Shown: piece after piece, positions 1 to 13,626 of the stretch
Layout: the number at the start of each line of letters is the position of its first letter
How positions within the stretch are numbered: position 1 is the stretch's first letter
Assembly (NCBI GenBank): GCA_964016885.1
Contig: OZ024751.1
Coordinates: 28,520,001 to 28,584,000, forward strand
Reading direction: 5' to 3'
DNA from: Eledone cirrhosa
Lineage: Eukaryota
DNA: 64,000 nt
Program-made: the position numbers and the translations under genes
Notes under the pieces: model-generated
Databases searched by the model: none
What the model was told of the DNA's origin: nothing
Seen by the model: the letters and a program-made list of their open reading frames with translations, nothing else

Positions 1-90
1 CCATTCAAAGGGGTTTTTTTTAAAATCCCAACTAACAGACTAATTCTATGTAGTCAAACACAGGGTAAGCACAAGTTACTACCTAATTTT
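1..90. repeat. Partial copy of TA-embedded hairpin element (family E)
   Basis: Near-identical to 2055-2140 (ccattcaaaggg...gttactacctaatt) and followed by (TA)n. Confidence 0.7.
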
Positions 91-120
91 ATATATACAT
101 ACATATATATATATATATAT

Positions 121-199
<79 letters not shown>

Positions 200-545
200 T
201 AGAAATCCATAGATGTAAGATCAAGGATCTGCCAGTCTGTTGCAAGAGAGCTTATTTAGTACAAAGAAAGTTTCATATACTTAACATGTGGGTCAGTTTT
301 ATAAGTGTCTCTCCCAATATACAGTGGTGTCCATAATTGGACCCCAAAACCAATGGTAGCACATACATGTTAAGTGCATGAACTTTATACTCTATACGTA
401 TATATATATATATATACTAACAAAATTAAATTAAAGATGCCATGTCTGAGAATATCAGAAACATACGCCATATCACCTGTGGAATAAGCTCAAAGATTCC
501 AAGTAGTAAATCCGAGCATTTATTAACATTAAATTAAAAGTTGAA

Positions 546-601
<56 letters not shown>

Positions 602-607
<6 letters not shown>

Positions 608-735
608 AACACATCAAACAATCACATGGGGTAATTTGTAAAATTCACATATATAAGCACATGGAGCAGTGCCCGGATTTACTTGTGCCATCAGATAAAA
701 CGGGTAACTTATACAGGCTTGACCACAAAACATAT
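602..735 (+). pseudogene. Penelope-like element RT N-terminal fragment
   Basis: Translation DLLVPSDKTGNLYRLDHKTY resembles the PLE 'ADK..N.Y.....Y' (DKG-region) motif upstream of the RT core. Short and bounded by microsatellites. Confidence 0.5.
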
Positions 736-1135
736 ATACACAAACACACACACATATATATATATATTTCTCTCTCTCGTCTACGATTCCACAGAACTTA
801 TGTTCACCGAATTCACAGACTAGATCCCTTCTTCCTCCCGTTAGACCTGTACGGAATTCCCTCCTTGCTCACATTCCAACCAGGTTTGATGGTCTTTATT
901 CTCTCTCGTTCACGATTTCACCGAACTTATATTCATGGAAATTTGGGACTTGACTCGTTCTTCCTCACTTTTCGTTGCTTCACCATCTTTGTTTGTTTAC
1001 ACTCTCGTGTCCCCTTTATTTACGTATCCCAACGACTTCTTTTAGCCGTTGCTCGCACCAACCGGAGGTATATGGTCTTTAAAGCGATGAAATACCAATG
1101 ATGGTTGGAAGATCACTGATGAAGGACTAACTTTA

Positions 1136-1241
<106 letters not shown>

Positions 1242-1423
1242 TCGTTTTGGAGTAGAAAGGGTGAAGTGCAGCTTTCTAAATTTATTTATAGTTATATATA
1301 ATTTATAACCACACAGGTCTGTAGTTTCCAGCCTGTTCTAGATTTCTGATATATGTTTGTATGTATGTGTGTGCATGTATATGTATGTGTGTATGTGATG
1401 TATGTATGTATGTGCATATATGT

Positions 1424-1592
1424 GTTATGACCCTTTACGTTCTGAGTTGAAATCCCACCGAGGTTAGCTTTGCCTTTCGTTCTTTCGGGGTTGATAAAAT
1501 AAAGTCCCAGTAATGCACTTGGGTAGGTTTAATCAACTTTCCCTTCTCCCAAAATTACTGGCCTTTTGCCTAAATCATAAACCATTATTATT
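1424..1592 (+). mobile_element. tRNA-derived SINE (family S1), 5'-truncated
   Basis: B-box-like gagttgaaatcc, conserved body ctttgcctttc..tc...ggggttgataaaataaagt.ccag, and (ATT)n tail. Many copies in the window. Confidence 0.8.
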
Positions 1593-1788
1593 GTTAGAGT
1601 ACCTCATACCTTAGCAAAGAAACATCTGTTACTTCAGATTGAAGTAACACATTTAGATACATTTCAGGTTAATTACTATTGTTGTTGTTAATTATCATTA
1701 TCATTAATACTTTAATTAGTGGCTAATAAAGAAATGTTTATTAATATTGAGAGAAAAGGAATCTAACGGTATTTGTTTCTCTCCTGTG

Positions 1789-2140
<352 letters not shown>

Positions 2141-2149
2141 TATATATAT

Positions 2150-2192
<43 letters not shown>

Positions 2193-2220
2193 TATATATA
2201 TAAAATATATATATATATAT

Positions 2221-2384
2221 GCAAAAGTTTTATTTAAAATTGTAGGGTTACAACGAGTAAATATTTTTTATAACTGATATAAAAGCACTCAACAGTTTTG
2301 GAGTAGGTTTACGATATTAAACAATTGGAAACTATATTTATAAAACCATGGTTTTATAAATATAGTTTCCAATTGTTTAATATC

Positions 2385-2387
<3 letters not shown>
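2221..2387 (-). mobile_element. Family B element, ending in a perfect 78-bp palindrome
   Basis: Homologous to 10080-10215 and 62486-62620. 2310-2387 is a perfect spacer-less palindrome centred on CCATGG. Confidence 0.8.
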
Positions 2388-2469
<82 letters not shown>

Positions 2470-2589
2470 GACAGTCAATAAACAAGATCCCAGACCTCAT
2501 TCGCTTAATGAGTGGGGTGGAGCTTGTTGAATTGGACTGAGGAAACAATGTTTCCATTGGTCCTTCCAATTGCTAATATTATCTGTTGG

Positions 2590-2875
<286 letters not shown>

Positions 2876-2981
2876 TTTCCATATGAGCAAGACATGGTCA
2901 GCCAACCAGACACTGCCCACAACAGGACAACCCGTCTAACCCATGCTAGCGTGGAAGAACGTTCGTAAAACGGTGATGATG

Positions 2982-3097
<116 letters not shown>

Positions 3098-3169
3098 TTT
3101 GTTGTTGCTGTCGTTTTGTTTGTTTTTATGTTTTTCTATATAAGACAACAACAACAACAACAACAACAA

Positions 3170-3212
<43 letters not shown>

Positions 3213-3444
3213 GCAAGCAAGCCAAAAAAACCAGCATTTGCTTGATGGTCTGATCTGATAAGTAGTTAAGACAGCTGTTACAGAGATGTGTAAAGTTGGT
3301 TGACATATATGTTACTAACTTCACAGATAAACCTGTCCACAGTCTACCTTGGCAGAGAGAAAGTAGAGGTACATGAGATACAGGAGACAAGACACAGACA
3401 GACGGACAGATATGCAGACAGATATACTACTTTGACACTAAACA

Positions 3445-3822
3445 CCGCCAGATGCAGACTGCGCATCAACAAGATATTTTTCCCCACAAAGTTTGATCAC
3501 CAACATCAGAGTTTAAAGTGCGAAGATCAAATCCAGTCGATAGGTTGACATTATCAAGCCATCGTTTTGGCTGCTGGCCTCTGCTTCTCTGACCAGCCAA
3601 CCCTCCTTCCAGGCATAATCTACTCACACCACGAGTTGATTTTTTTATATGACCGTAAAGTTCGAGTCCTTTTAACTTGACAATTGATGTAATTGGTCTG
3701 AGCCTGGTAATGTTGAGCAGCCCACTGATATAGATATGGTCGCTGAGCCGCTTGCCAGTCATAAGTGCCATGATGTGGTTCTGGAATGTAGAGAGCTTCT
3801 GAAGTGACCTTGTCGTCCAGCC
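3445..3822 (-). pseudogene. RTE-clade LINE 3' coding fragment
   Basis: LELYGHIKK..RLCLEGGLAGQRSRGQQPKRWLDNV matches the RTE/BovB-type C-terminus (L.W.GH..R....G...G.R.RGRP..RW.D). Confidence 0.75.
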
Positions 3823-4067
3823 AGATATACAGACAGACAGATACACACAGACAGATTACAAACAGATATACAGACAGATAGATATACAGAGAGACAGATA
3901 GATACAGACAGACACACAGCCAGACATACACATGAAGAGAGACGGCCACACAAAAGGATAAAAGACAAAATAAACTTTGGCATGATTTGAACTCAAAAAC
4001 ACAGAACCAATATCATCCACTTTAACAACACTACCAACTTGACTCACTCAAATATAATTTACCTTAA

Positions 4068-4272
4068 CCCTTTAGTATTTACTCTATATATATACTTTGG
4101 TATGTTCTTGGTAAAGACGTTACCTCACATAATATCGAATCTATGAGATTTTGATATTATTTATTTTGAGAACAATACCTTAACGTTAGTATGAGCGGCC
4201 AGTTACAGCCGGTTTGATCAGAGACAGGCGAGAGAATTCTGGCCGGATATGGCTGGTTTAAATGCTAAAGGG
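4068..4272. mobile_element. piggyBac-like MITE
   Basis: TTAA|CCCTTTAGTATTTA ... TAAATGCTAAAGGG|TTAA: TIRs with TTAA target duplication. Second copy at 33470-33762. Confidence 0.85.
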
Positions 4273-5446
4273 TTAAAAGAAAAACACTCTCGAGAGAGAG
4301 ACAGAAAATTATATACGTGTGTGTATGTATGTCTCTGTGTCCGTGTATATGTGTGTATATGTCAGTGAATGTGTGTGTGAGTGTGTATGCCTGTATGCGT
4401 GTGTGTTTGAGTGCATAAGTGTGAATGCATATGTATATGTATGTGTATGATTGGGTGTATATTTGCGAGTATGTGGGTGTGTGTGTATGTGTATGTGTGC
4501 ATGTGTGTGAATGTGCATGTATGTGTATGTATATGTGTATGTGTGTGAGTATGTATGTATGTATGTATGGGTGTATATATATATGTGTATGTGTGTGAAT
4601 GTGTATGTATGTGTATTATGTATATATGTGTATATATGTATGTGTATATATATATGTATGTGTATGTATATATACGTATGAGTGTGTATGTGTATGGGTT
4701 GATGTTGGAGAGGAAGGAGATGGTGGTGGCGGAGGAGGAGGTGAAGATTAATTAAAATTCGAAAAACTAAAAAAAAAATCTAATTACCCACCAGGTAATA
4801 ACAGCCAGAAATTTAGGACAGGACAGAGTGAGAGTGAGGTGGGGTGGAGATGAGGTTGGGGTGGGGTTGGGGCTAGGGTGGGGTGGTTGTTAGTTTGGTT
4901 CAATGTGGATATTTTTATTTCAACCCCACCCGCTTACCATCGAACTGGGGATTTTTTTCTGTTTTTGGTTGTTTTTTTGGTTGTTGTCTTTGTGGTTTTT
5001 TTTTGGTGTTTGTTGTTGGCATTGTTGTTGTTTTGCAAGCTATTTAAACAAACTCCAGCTTTTGTCCTTTACTTCCAATTTTTTTTTTCATTATATTATA
5101 CACCAACCACCCACCACCCACCACACCACCACCCTCACTGCCAAAACCATCACAAAATAAAACAACATAAATAAATAAATAGATAAATAAACAAGTAAAT
5201 AAATATCCAACAACAACAAAATCAACAACAACAACAGAAACATCAACAACAATAACAACAACAACAACATGGCTATTTAATACGGAATAGCAGCTGTGTT
5301 AATCCCATGAAAAAATAATGTTGACTTCTTTCCCATAATGCAACTCAACACAAATTGACTTCCCATGATGCTTCTAAATTTGTTAATATTTTTTTCTCTC
5401 TTTATCATTATTTTCATTGTTATTATTGTTATTTTCATTGTTATTG

Positions 5447-5508
<62 letters not shown>

Positions 5509-5864
5509 GTGAAATGAAAATAAAGAAAGAAATAAAAAAAGTAGAGGAGATTATGTAAAATGAACACTACATTAAAGTATGTTATCAGGGTATGAAGAAA
5601 CCTACTCTAATATTTCTACATTTAACTCTTTGGGTATCAAAAACCATCTAATACAAGCAACTGCTCTGCTTCTAAGATATAATATTGCTTCTTTTCAAAT
5701 CATCATTGTTTAATATCTGTTTCGCTACTAGCAAAGCTTGGACATGTCGCTGTCATAGACCGATTGTCCAAGTGAAGAGGCCTAACATATTATGATCCCA
5801 TGCTTGACCGAGAGAATTTTATCGTCACACCTACACATTGGCCTAATTGTGAGGATGTTTGACA

Positions 5865-6100
5865 TATGATCATAATGTTGTCGGTGAGATTTCTATGTTG
5901 TGTTCTTGAACAAAACATTTTATTTCACATTACTCCAGTACACTCAGCTGAGATGAGTACTAGCAGTAGTTGGAGAGTTAAGCCTGCAATAGACCAGCAT
6001 CCTCTCCAGGGAGAGTCTTGTATTCTCAGTTTCTTAACACCAAGGAAACCGGGGATAAAGCACTGCCTTGATGAGTTTTCAGCTTAGAACAAACTTTAAC
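5865..6100 (+). mobile_element. Degenerate CORE-type SINE
   Basis: tgtgttcttgaacaaaacattttatttcacattactccagtacactcagctg matches the S2 core. The 3' part matches 43355-43500. Confidence 0.6.
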
Positions 6101-6109
6101 TTAACACAA

Positions 6110-6485
6110 AGGAAGTTGTAAAGTCTTTCGAATAGCTGAAAAGTCTTCAGAACCCTTTGTGTTTATGTTTATTTGAAAACCTTCCTTCATAATTTTAGTT
6201 AAGAACCTTTGTTAAGTTATGTTCCAATTCACCAACTTAATAATTTAACATGCTATTCAATAATATTCTTACCATTAAAAGTTAAAGTTGTAAAGTAAGC
6301 AAGTGAAACTGTAATGTCTCTGGCATAGTGGAAAAGTCTTCACAAAACTTTGTGCTTACATTTATTTGAAAACCTTCCATCATAACTTTCTTAAAGAACC
6401 TTTGTTAAGTTATAATCCAAAACACCAACTTAATAACTTAAAATGGTATTCAGCTGATTTCTTATCTTTAAAAGTAAAGAGTTAA
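6110..6485. repeat. Two tandem ~195-bp units of a dispersed repeat
   Basis: 6110-6290 and 6305-6480 are mutual copies. Reverse-complement relatives at about 45470-45850. Ends in aaagagTTAA (possible piggyBac-like end). Confidence 0.55.
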
Positions 6486-6621
6486 CAAAGAGTTCCTGGA
6501 TTGTAGCAGAATCTACTACTTGTAGCCCAGTCTAATAAACCTTGAGGGTCATATTTTATTATATATATATATCACTCTACGTTCTGAGATAAAATACTGA
6601 CAAAGGTGAATATATATATAT

Positions 6622-6862
6622 ATCATCATCACCATTTAACATCAATTTTCTATGCTAGCATGGGTTAGACGAGTTGTTCCATTGTGAGACAAATCAGATC
6701 AGATGACTGTATCTTGCTCATACAGAACTGTTTCTGGCTTGCTGTCTATGGTTGGATGCCCTTCCTAATGCCAACCACATTTACAGTGTGGACTAGGTGC
6801 TTTTCTTTTTATACATATGTTCATTCATCATTGCTAGCAGGGAAAACCGATGTTAAATGATG

Positions 6863-6865
<3 letters not shown>
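6622..6865 (-). mobile_element. RTE-type 3' tail fragment with short inverted tail copy
   Basis: catcatcaccatttaacatc...tgctagcatgggttagacg...ggatgcccttcctaatgccaacc is the reverse complement of the RTE 3'UTR at 54410-54565. An inverted tail copy lies at 6832-6865. Confidence 0.7.
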
Positions 6866-6917
<52 letters not shown>

Positions 6918-7080
6918 ATAGAAAACGAAAAATCAGTGATTTGTAACACACAATAAATTGAGTTCAGATGCATCACTGATTTTTTGATTTTTCGTTTTCT
7001 ATTATATCATACTCTGCTCTGTAAGAACATAGAGTGCTCAACCGGCATACCGTCTATGGAAGCATCTTAGCCACCATCAA

Positions 7081-7121
<41 letters not shown>

Positions 7122-7280
7122 TACATAGGCAGACAATATATGGACATATGTATGTATAAATTGTAATTAAGTTGTGTGTATTCCCTGGCAGTGTGTATAT
7201 AGAAACAATGTTTAGAGAGAGTGTTTATATAAGAAGACAACACACAGTACACAGTACAGAGAACAAAACCAGATGTAAAA

Positions 7281-7339
<59 letters not shown>

Positions 7340-7352
7340 GTATATATATGTA

Positions 7353-7403
<51 letters not shown>

Positions 7404-7660
7404 ATAAACTTTATTTTGATATTTTTGTATATTCCAGAGATGGGCTTTTTGTATTGTTTTACTTTTTATGTTTGTTTTTTTTTGTTTTGTTTTTTTCAAG
7501 TTTTTTTTATTTTTCCATTTATGTTTCATTTTCATTTTGGAAATCTCTAGAACAACATAACCATCTGGACAGAGTCTCACATACACATATACAGACATGC
7601 ACACATAAACTCACAGACACACACACATATATATGTATATATATATATATATATATATTA

Positions 7661-7702
<42 letters not shown>

Positions 7703-8180
7703 TATTCATTTATATATATGAGTGTGTGTGTGTATATATATATATATTATTCATATATATGTGTGTGTGTTTGTGTGTATATATATATATACGCACATAT
7801 ATATATACTAATACACTACCTATACACATGAAACTGTCCACTATGTCCTACTGACATCATTGCAGCCACTAACACACACATGTATAAACACAAACCCTCT
7901 CTCTCTCTCTATATATATATTTATACCACCACACCCAAGTCCCACATGTGTAACCCTTTCAACACTAATACACAACCTCCACCACACCCTTTGCCAACCT
8001 CTCCATATAATCATGCACAAAAGACACTCCAACTCGACTCAAACTACTTACTTTTCTTGTACACACACAAACATGTATATATACATGTTTGTATTTATGT
8101 GTGTATATATATAGATATATATATATATATTGAGAGAGAGAGGGGGGTATGTATGTATATATGTATTTATGTATGTATTT

Positions 8181-8232
<52 letters not shown>

Positions 8233-8399
8233 ATGTGTATGTATAAACATTCGTTGTACTGCCTCTCTGTTTTGTCCCTGTTCAAATTTTTCTATTATGT
8301 ATGTATATATATACATATGTATATACACACACATATATATATATATATATACATACATATCCTATCTCCCTCTCTCTCTCTCTATATATATATATATAA

Positions 8400-8445
<46 letters not shown>

Positions 8446-8768
8446 GGAGATATTTATGTATGCATGTATGTATGTATGTATGTATGTATATATGTATGTA
8501 TGTGTACATACATATATATATGTACATATATATATATATATATACGGAAAGATTTTCTTTATCTCTCTCATTTTTTCTATTATATTTTTTCCATCAGTGT
8601 GTTTAATAAGAGAATTTGGTGTTTGTTGTTTAAGAGAGGAAAATGGCAGCTGGTGAATTAAAAAAAGTTAAGTGCAAGCATGTACATACATATATACATA
8701 TGTATATATGTATATATATACATATCTACTTATATATATATATGTATATATATATACATATATACATA

Positions 8769-8800
<32 letters not shown>

Positions 8801-8802
8801 AG

Positions 8803-8858
<56 letters not shown>

Positions 8859-8988
8859 TAAGTATATATATGTATATATATATATATACATATATATATA
8901 AGTATATATGTATATATGTGTATATATATATATATAAATATATGTTCTTTTTTGAAAGTTAATGCCAAGAAGAAAAAAAACCCGGAGT

Positions 8989-9019
<31 letters not shown>

Positions 9020-9238
9020 GTTTATATATATATATATACAGAGTATATAACATATATATAACATATAAAAGCAAAAGTCAAGATTTTATTGAAAAACCTT
9101 AGATTATCTCAATGTGTGTACAGTTATATTAAACACATACATATACAGAAACTTAGGCACATACATATACAAACATATTCACACATACATATACCAGCAT
9201 ATACACATACATATACAAACATACACACACACATTTAA

Positions 9239-9432
9239 ACAAGAGTCGGTTGAAAAGTTCATAGGCTATTTGTGAAGGATTGATGCTAGAGCTATGAAAT
9301 CTTGAATGCATTAATTTCAACACTTCTTATTAATAACTGCATTGTTTATTTCTATGTTGAAAAAGAAACCTCATTTGATCATTCCATGAGAGTATCTTAG
9401 CCAACTTATGAACCTTTCAGCAGACCCTTGTA
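9239..9432. mobile_element. Mariner-like MITE (degenerate)
   Basis: acaagagtcggttgaaaagttcatagg ... cttatgaacctttcagcagacccttgTA: imperfect ~27-bp TIRs resembling mariner ends. Confidence 0.6.
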
Positions 9433-9454
9433 TATATACACTATTCTTTTTTTG

Positions 9455-9594
9455 TGTTATTCCGAATGAAGGGCCAATACCCGATACGTTGACTAGGTAA
9501 CTCCTTTTTTATCCAAGCGTGAAATTAATACACTTTATGTTATTGCATCATCTTGTTCATTCGTTCGTGTTTCATTGACATATATATATATATC

Positions 9595-9649
<55 letters not shown>

Positions 9650-9800
9650 ATATATATATAGTTGAAAATGAATGAACAAAACACAGGAAGCAATTGTAGA
9701 TGGTTATATTAGGTTCATGCTTGGTGGAAGTGGAGGAGGTTTCAATGTTTCAGACAGAAGTCCATCATCAATAAAGTTTAGATAGGGGAAGAAAAGAAAC
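9455..9800. mobile_element. Two family D elements tail-to-tail around (TA)n, each with a decayed hammerhead
   Basis: Plus copy has ccGAATGA-a-GGG-ccaata-CCC-GATAcgtt. Minus copy (9740-9775) has tTGATGA-t-GGAC-ttct-GTCT-GAAAcatt. Both share an aagcRtgaa..taata motif, also seen at 13700, 28465 and 40915. Confidence 0.55.
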
Positions 9801-9974
9801 TCTGAGGAAAAGTAAGAGTCAGCTAAAGCTGATCGCTATATTTGATTTGCAAAGCTGTCTAAACGTATTGTTATTACTCTGGGGTATTATTCTCCATTGA
9901 GTGCTAAAGCTACATTCCGAATTTGCATTCGTTAGCTTAGCCGCAGCCTAAAGCTTCGTTAATGCTGTACTAAA

Positions 9975-10078
<104 letters not shown>

Positions 10079-10079
10079 T

Positions 10080-10335
10080 TAAGCAAAGTGATATCTAATT
10101 TGTTGGTAATTCAACAAATATATATATTTATAACAGATTCGAAGCACTCAACAAGTTTTCTGGAGTATAATATCAATGATATTAATAAATGGCAACTATA
10201 TTTATAAAACCATATTTATTCTATTATATATATTTCAAGGGTACCAAAACTTTGGTACGCTCTCATCAGATAAAATACAAAGTTTGTTTTATAAATATTG
10301 ACATAGCCAGAAAGTTTTACCTGGATAGTCATACA
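10080..10335 (-). mobile_element. Family B hammerhead-bearing element in (TA)n
   Basis: Homologous to 62486-62760 and 51243-51402. The 3' end abuts (TA)n. Confidence 0.85.
10217..10277 (-). ncRNA. Minimal type I hammerhead ribozyme
   Basis: Minus strand reads tattttat-CTGATGA-gagcgtaccaaagttttggtaccctt-GAAA-tatata-TA-atagaata: complete core, 8-bp stem I (one G-U), long stem II, short palindromic stem III, AUA cleavage triplet. Confidence 0.85.
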
Positions 10336-10356
10336 GTTTTGAATGTGTGTGTGTGA

Positions 10357-10421
<65 letters not shown>

Positions 10422-10427
10422 TATATA

Positions 10428-10721
10428 GACAGACTGAATAAAAAATGGCGTAGACATACAACACAACAGGAGGAAAATATAACACCACTGACGATGTTGC
10501 AGATGTGCAACGAAAGATTTATGATAAACTATATATATGTGTTTGTGTCTATATTGTATCTGTATTATTTTTTACCGTCGGTCAGTCAATGGCAACATTG
10601 AGGACCGAGTAAGTTAGATTACCGATATAAAAGACAGAGAGAAGCGAAAACCAACCAAACAGTGAGTGTGTTCTGTTATTAATTCTGGCAATATTACACA
10701 AATATGACCCTCCCCAAGTAT

Positions 10722-10728
<7 letters not shown>
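10428..10728 (+). mobile_element. Family C element in (TA)n
   Basis: 3' part recurs at 11310-11372 (+), 42540-42672 (-) and 58801-58905 (-), always ending at ...ccccaaRtataacaa(TA)n. Confidence 0.75.
10484..10525 (+). ncRNA. Minimal hammerhead-like motif (family C)
   Basis: acca-CTGACGA-t-GTTGCA-gatg-TGCAAC-GAAA-gatt-TA-tgat: intact core and perfect 6-bp stem II. Stem I is short with one mismatch. Confidence 0.65.
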
Positions 10729-10759
<31 letters not shown>

Positions 10760-10798
10760 ATATATATATGTATATGTATGTATATATATATGTATATG

Positions 10799-10872
<74 letters not shown>

Positions 10873-11066
10873 TGACTGCCATGACTAAATTATAACCATC
10901 AACATAGTTAAGGTATGTCAGGCATCAAGTTATATTATCTGATGAGGACGTACTGTTGAAATAGCTCCGTATCTCTGAAATATGTATAATAAAATATATT
11001 TGATCACATGAATGTCTATATTTATTAATATTTTGAAGTAATATATATATATATATATATATATAT

Positions 11067-11255
11067 AACGAAGGAAATGTGGTAAGGAACCAGGTGGACC
11101 ATAACGCACCAAAGTACTCAATACTTAGGGTAGTAGAGTGGGTAATAGGAACAAGTAAGACCCCGACGGCTGAGCTCAAGCCGTTTCGACGGGTAATTCT
11201 GTACAGAATTAGCCGTCGAAACGGCTTGAGCTCAGCCGTCGGGGTCTTACTTGTT

Positions 11256-11260
<5 letters not shown>
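11067..11260. mobile_element. Family A asymmetric fold-back element in (TA)n
   Basis: About 11145-11260 is a near-perfect hairpin and the left arm extends further. Homologous to 19610-19893. Confidence 0.85.
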
Positions 11261-11294
<34 letters not shown>

Positions 11295-11374
11295 TCCTAT
11301 ATATATATATGTGTGTTCTGTTATTAATTCTTGCAATATTACGCAAATATGACCCTCCCCAAGTATAACAATAT

Positions 11375-11408
<34 letters not shown>

Positions 11409-11410
11409 AC

Positions 11411-11459
<49 letters not shown>

Positions 11460-11665
11460 TATACATATACATATACATATACATATATATATATATACAT
11501 ATACATATATATATATACATATTCACACACACACATTCGAAACTGTATGATGTGTATCCCAGTTTCTTTAGAAAAGGGTACCTAAGAAGGTTGGAGTGAT
11601 GCCTTGATGGTGTTAATGTTGTTATTGTGGTAGTAGTAGTAGTAGTAGTAATAGTAGTGGTGGTG

Positions 11666-11706
<41 letters not shown>

Positions 11707-11974
11707 GAGAGTGGATGTTTTTTTTTTCCATCTTCCTCGCTAACGAGTCAGCCATGCTTGGCCATTGCTTAAAGATAATTAACTCAACATCATCATTATC
11801 ATCACTGTCATCATAATCATCATCATCATCATCATCATCAACAACATCATCATCATCATAATCATCATCATCATCAACAACAACAACAACACCTGACTGT
11901 GTTAATTTTATTTCAGTTTCTATTTTCATTTCGTTAATATTAAAAAACTCGACACAAGCTGTCTGGAAATTTGA

Positions 11975-13030
11975 ATGGTGACAGTGTTGGTTGTGGTGGT
12001 GGTGGTGTTAGTGGTGGTGGTGGCATTTGAGATGGTGGTGACAGTGCTGGTGGTGGTGGTGGTGTTAGTGGTGGTGGTGATAGTGGTAGTGATGGTGATG
12101 GCATTTGAGATGGTGGTGATGGTGGTGGTGGTGGTTGTGATGGTTGTGGTGGTTGTGGTGGTGGTCGTGGTGATGTTGGTGGTTGCGGAGGTTGTGATGG
12201 TTGTGGTGGTTGTGGTGATGGTCGTGGTGATGTTGGTGGTTGTGATCGTTGTGTTGGTGGTTGTGATGGTTGTGTTGGTGGTTGTGATGGTTGTGTTGGT
12301 GGTTGTGATGGTTGTGTTGGTGGTTGTGATGGTTGAGTTGGTGGTTGTGATGGTTGTGTTGGTGGTTGTGATGGTTGTGTTGGTGGTTGTGATGGTTGTG
12401 TTGGTGGTTGTGATGGTTGTGTTGGTGGTTGTGATGGTTGTGTTGGTGGTTGTGATGGTTGTGTTGGTGGTTGTGATGGTTGAGTTGGTGGTTGTGATGG
12501 TTGTGTTGGTGGTTGTGATGTTGTGCTGATGTTGGTGGTGTTGTAGCAATAGTGGTGAGGGTGGGGGTGACGTTGTTGATGTTGTTGTTGTGCTGTTGTT
12601 GTTAGTGTTGATGTTGGTGTTGTTGTTGTTGGTGGTGTTGGTGTTGTTGTGGTTAGTGTTGGTATTGCTGTTAGTGTTGATGTTGGTGTTGTTGTGGTTA
12701 GTGTTGGTATTGCTGTTAGTGTTGATGTTGGTGTTGTTGTGGTTAGTGTTGGTATTGCTGTTAGTGTTGATGTTGGTGTTGTTGTGGTTAGTGTTGGTAT
12801 TGCTGTTAGTGTTGATGTTGGTGTTGTTGTGGTTAGTGTTGGTATTGCTGTTAGTGTTGATGTTGGTGTTGTTGTGGTTAGTGTTGGTATTGCTGTTAGT
12901 GTTGATGTTGGTGTTGTTGTTGGTGGTGTTGGTGTTGTTGTTGGTGTTGGTGCTGTTGTTGTTAGTGTTGACAGTGTTGTTGTTAGTGTTGATGTTGGCC
13001 TTGCTGTTGTTGGTGCTGATGGTAGTGTGA
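11975..13030. repeat. Compound trinucleotide-derived VNTR (21-bp and 45-bp units)
   Basis: (gtgatggttgtgttggtggtt)n at about 12230-12520 and a 45-bp unit x~6 at about 12635-12920. Confidence 0.85.
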
Positions 13031-13417
13031 AGCAGAGGATCTAGTGTGAGTGATGGAGTGATGTAGTGTGATGTGGTGTGGTGTGGTGTGGTGTGGTGTG
13101 GTGTGGTGTGGTGTGATGTAGTGTGATGTGGTGTGGTGTGTGAATGAGAGAGAGAACGAAAGAGGGCAAGAAGAAGAAGAAGAAAAAGAAGAAGAAAAAG
13201 CAGAAGAAGAAGAGGTAAAGGCAGCAAGCTTTGTCTCTTTGTTACGTGGTGCTGTTACAATATGTCTAAAGAATAATTTGAATAATAATATAGAGTGATT
13301 TGAAAAGGCTGCAGTAGTAAAAATAATAATAATAATGATAAATATATTATTCAAAATATGATTTCATTCTTTTTTCATTATATATATATATATATATACA
13401 TACACATATATATATAT

Positions 13418-13471
<54 letters not shown>

Positions 13472-13476
<5 letters not shown>

Positions 13477-13559
13477 GCATACACCAGTCCCACAAACTGT
13501 AGAGTGCTTCTTATCCGATATCTGCATTGCTTTATTGTACTACAATAAAACTCACCTCC

Positions 13560-13563
<4 letters not shown>
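13472..13563 (+). mobile_element. Family F short element in (TA)n
   Basis: Reverse-complement copy at 31338-31432, with the 3' end of both copies next to (TA)n. Confidence 0.7.

Positions 13564-13626
<63 letters not shown>

Noticed and set aside
7172-9074. Numerous YI/CV/HT-repeat ORFs (here and throughout)
   Set aside because: Translations of (TA)n, (TG)n and (CA)n, which lack stop codons.
11926-13227. 433-aa Thr/Asn-rich 'mucin-like' ORF
   Set aside because: Made entirely of trinucleotide-derived VNTRs that are open in several frames on both strands. Non-ATG start and no domain.
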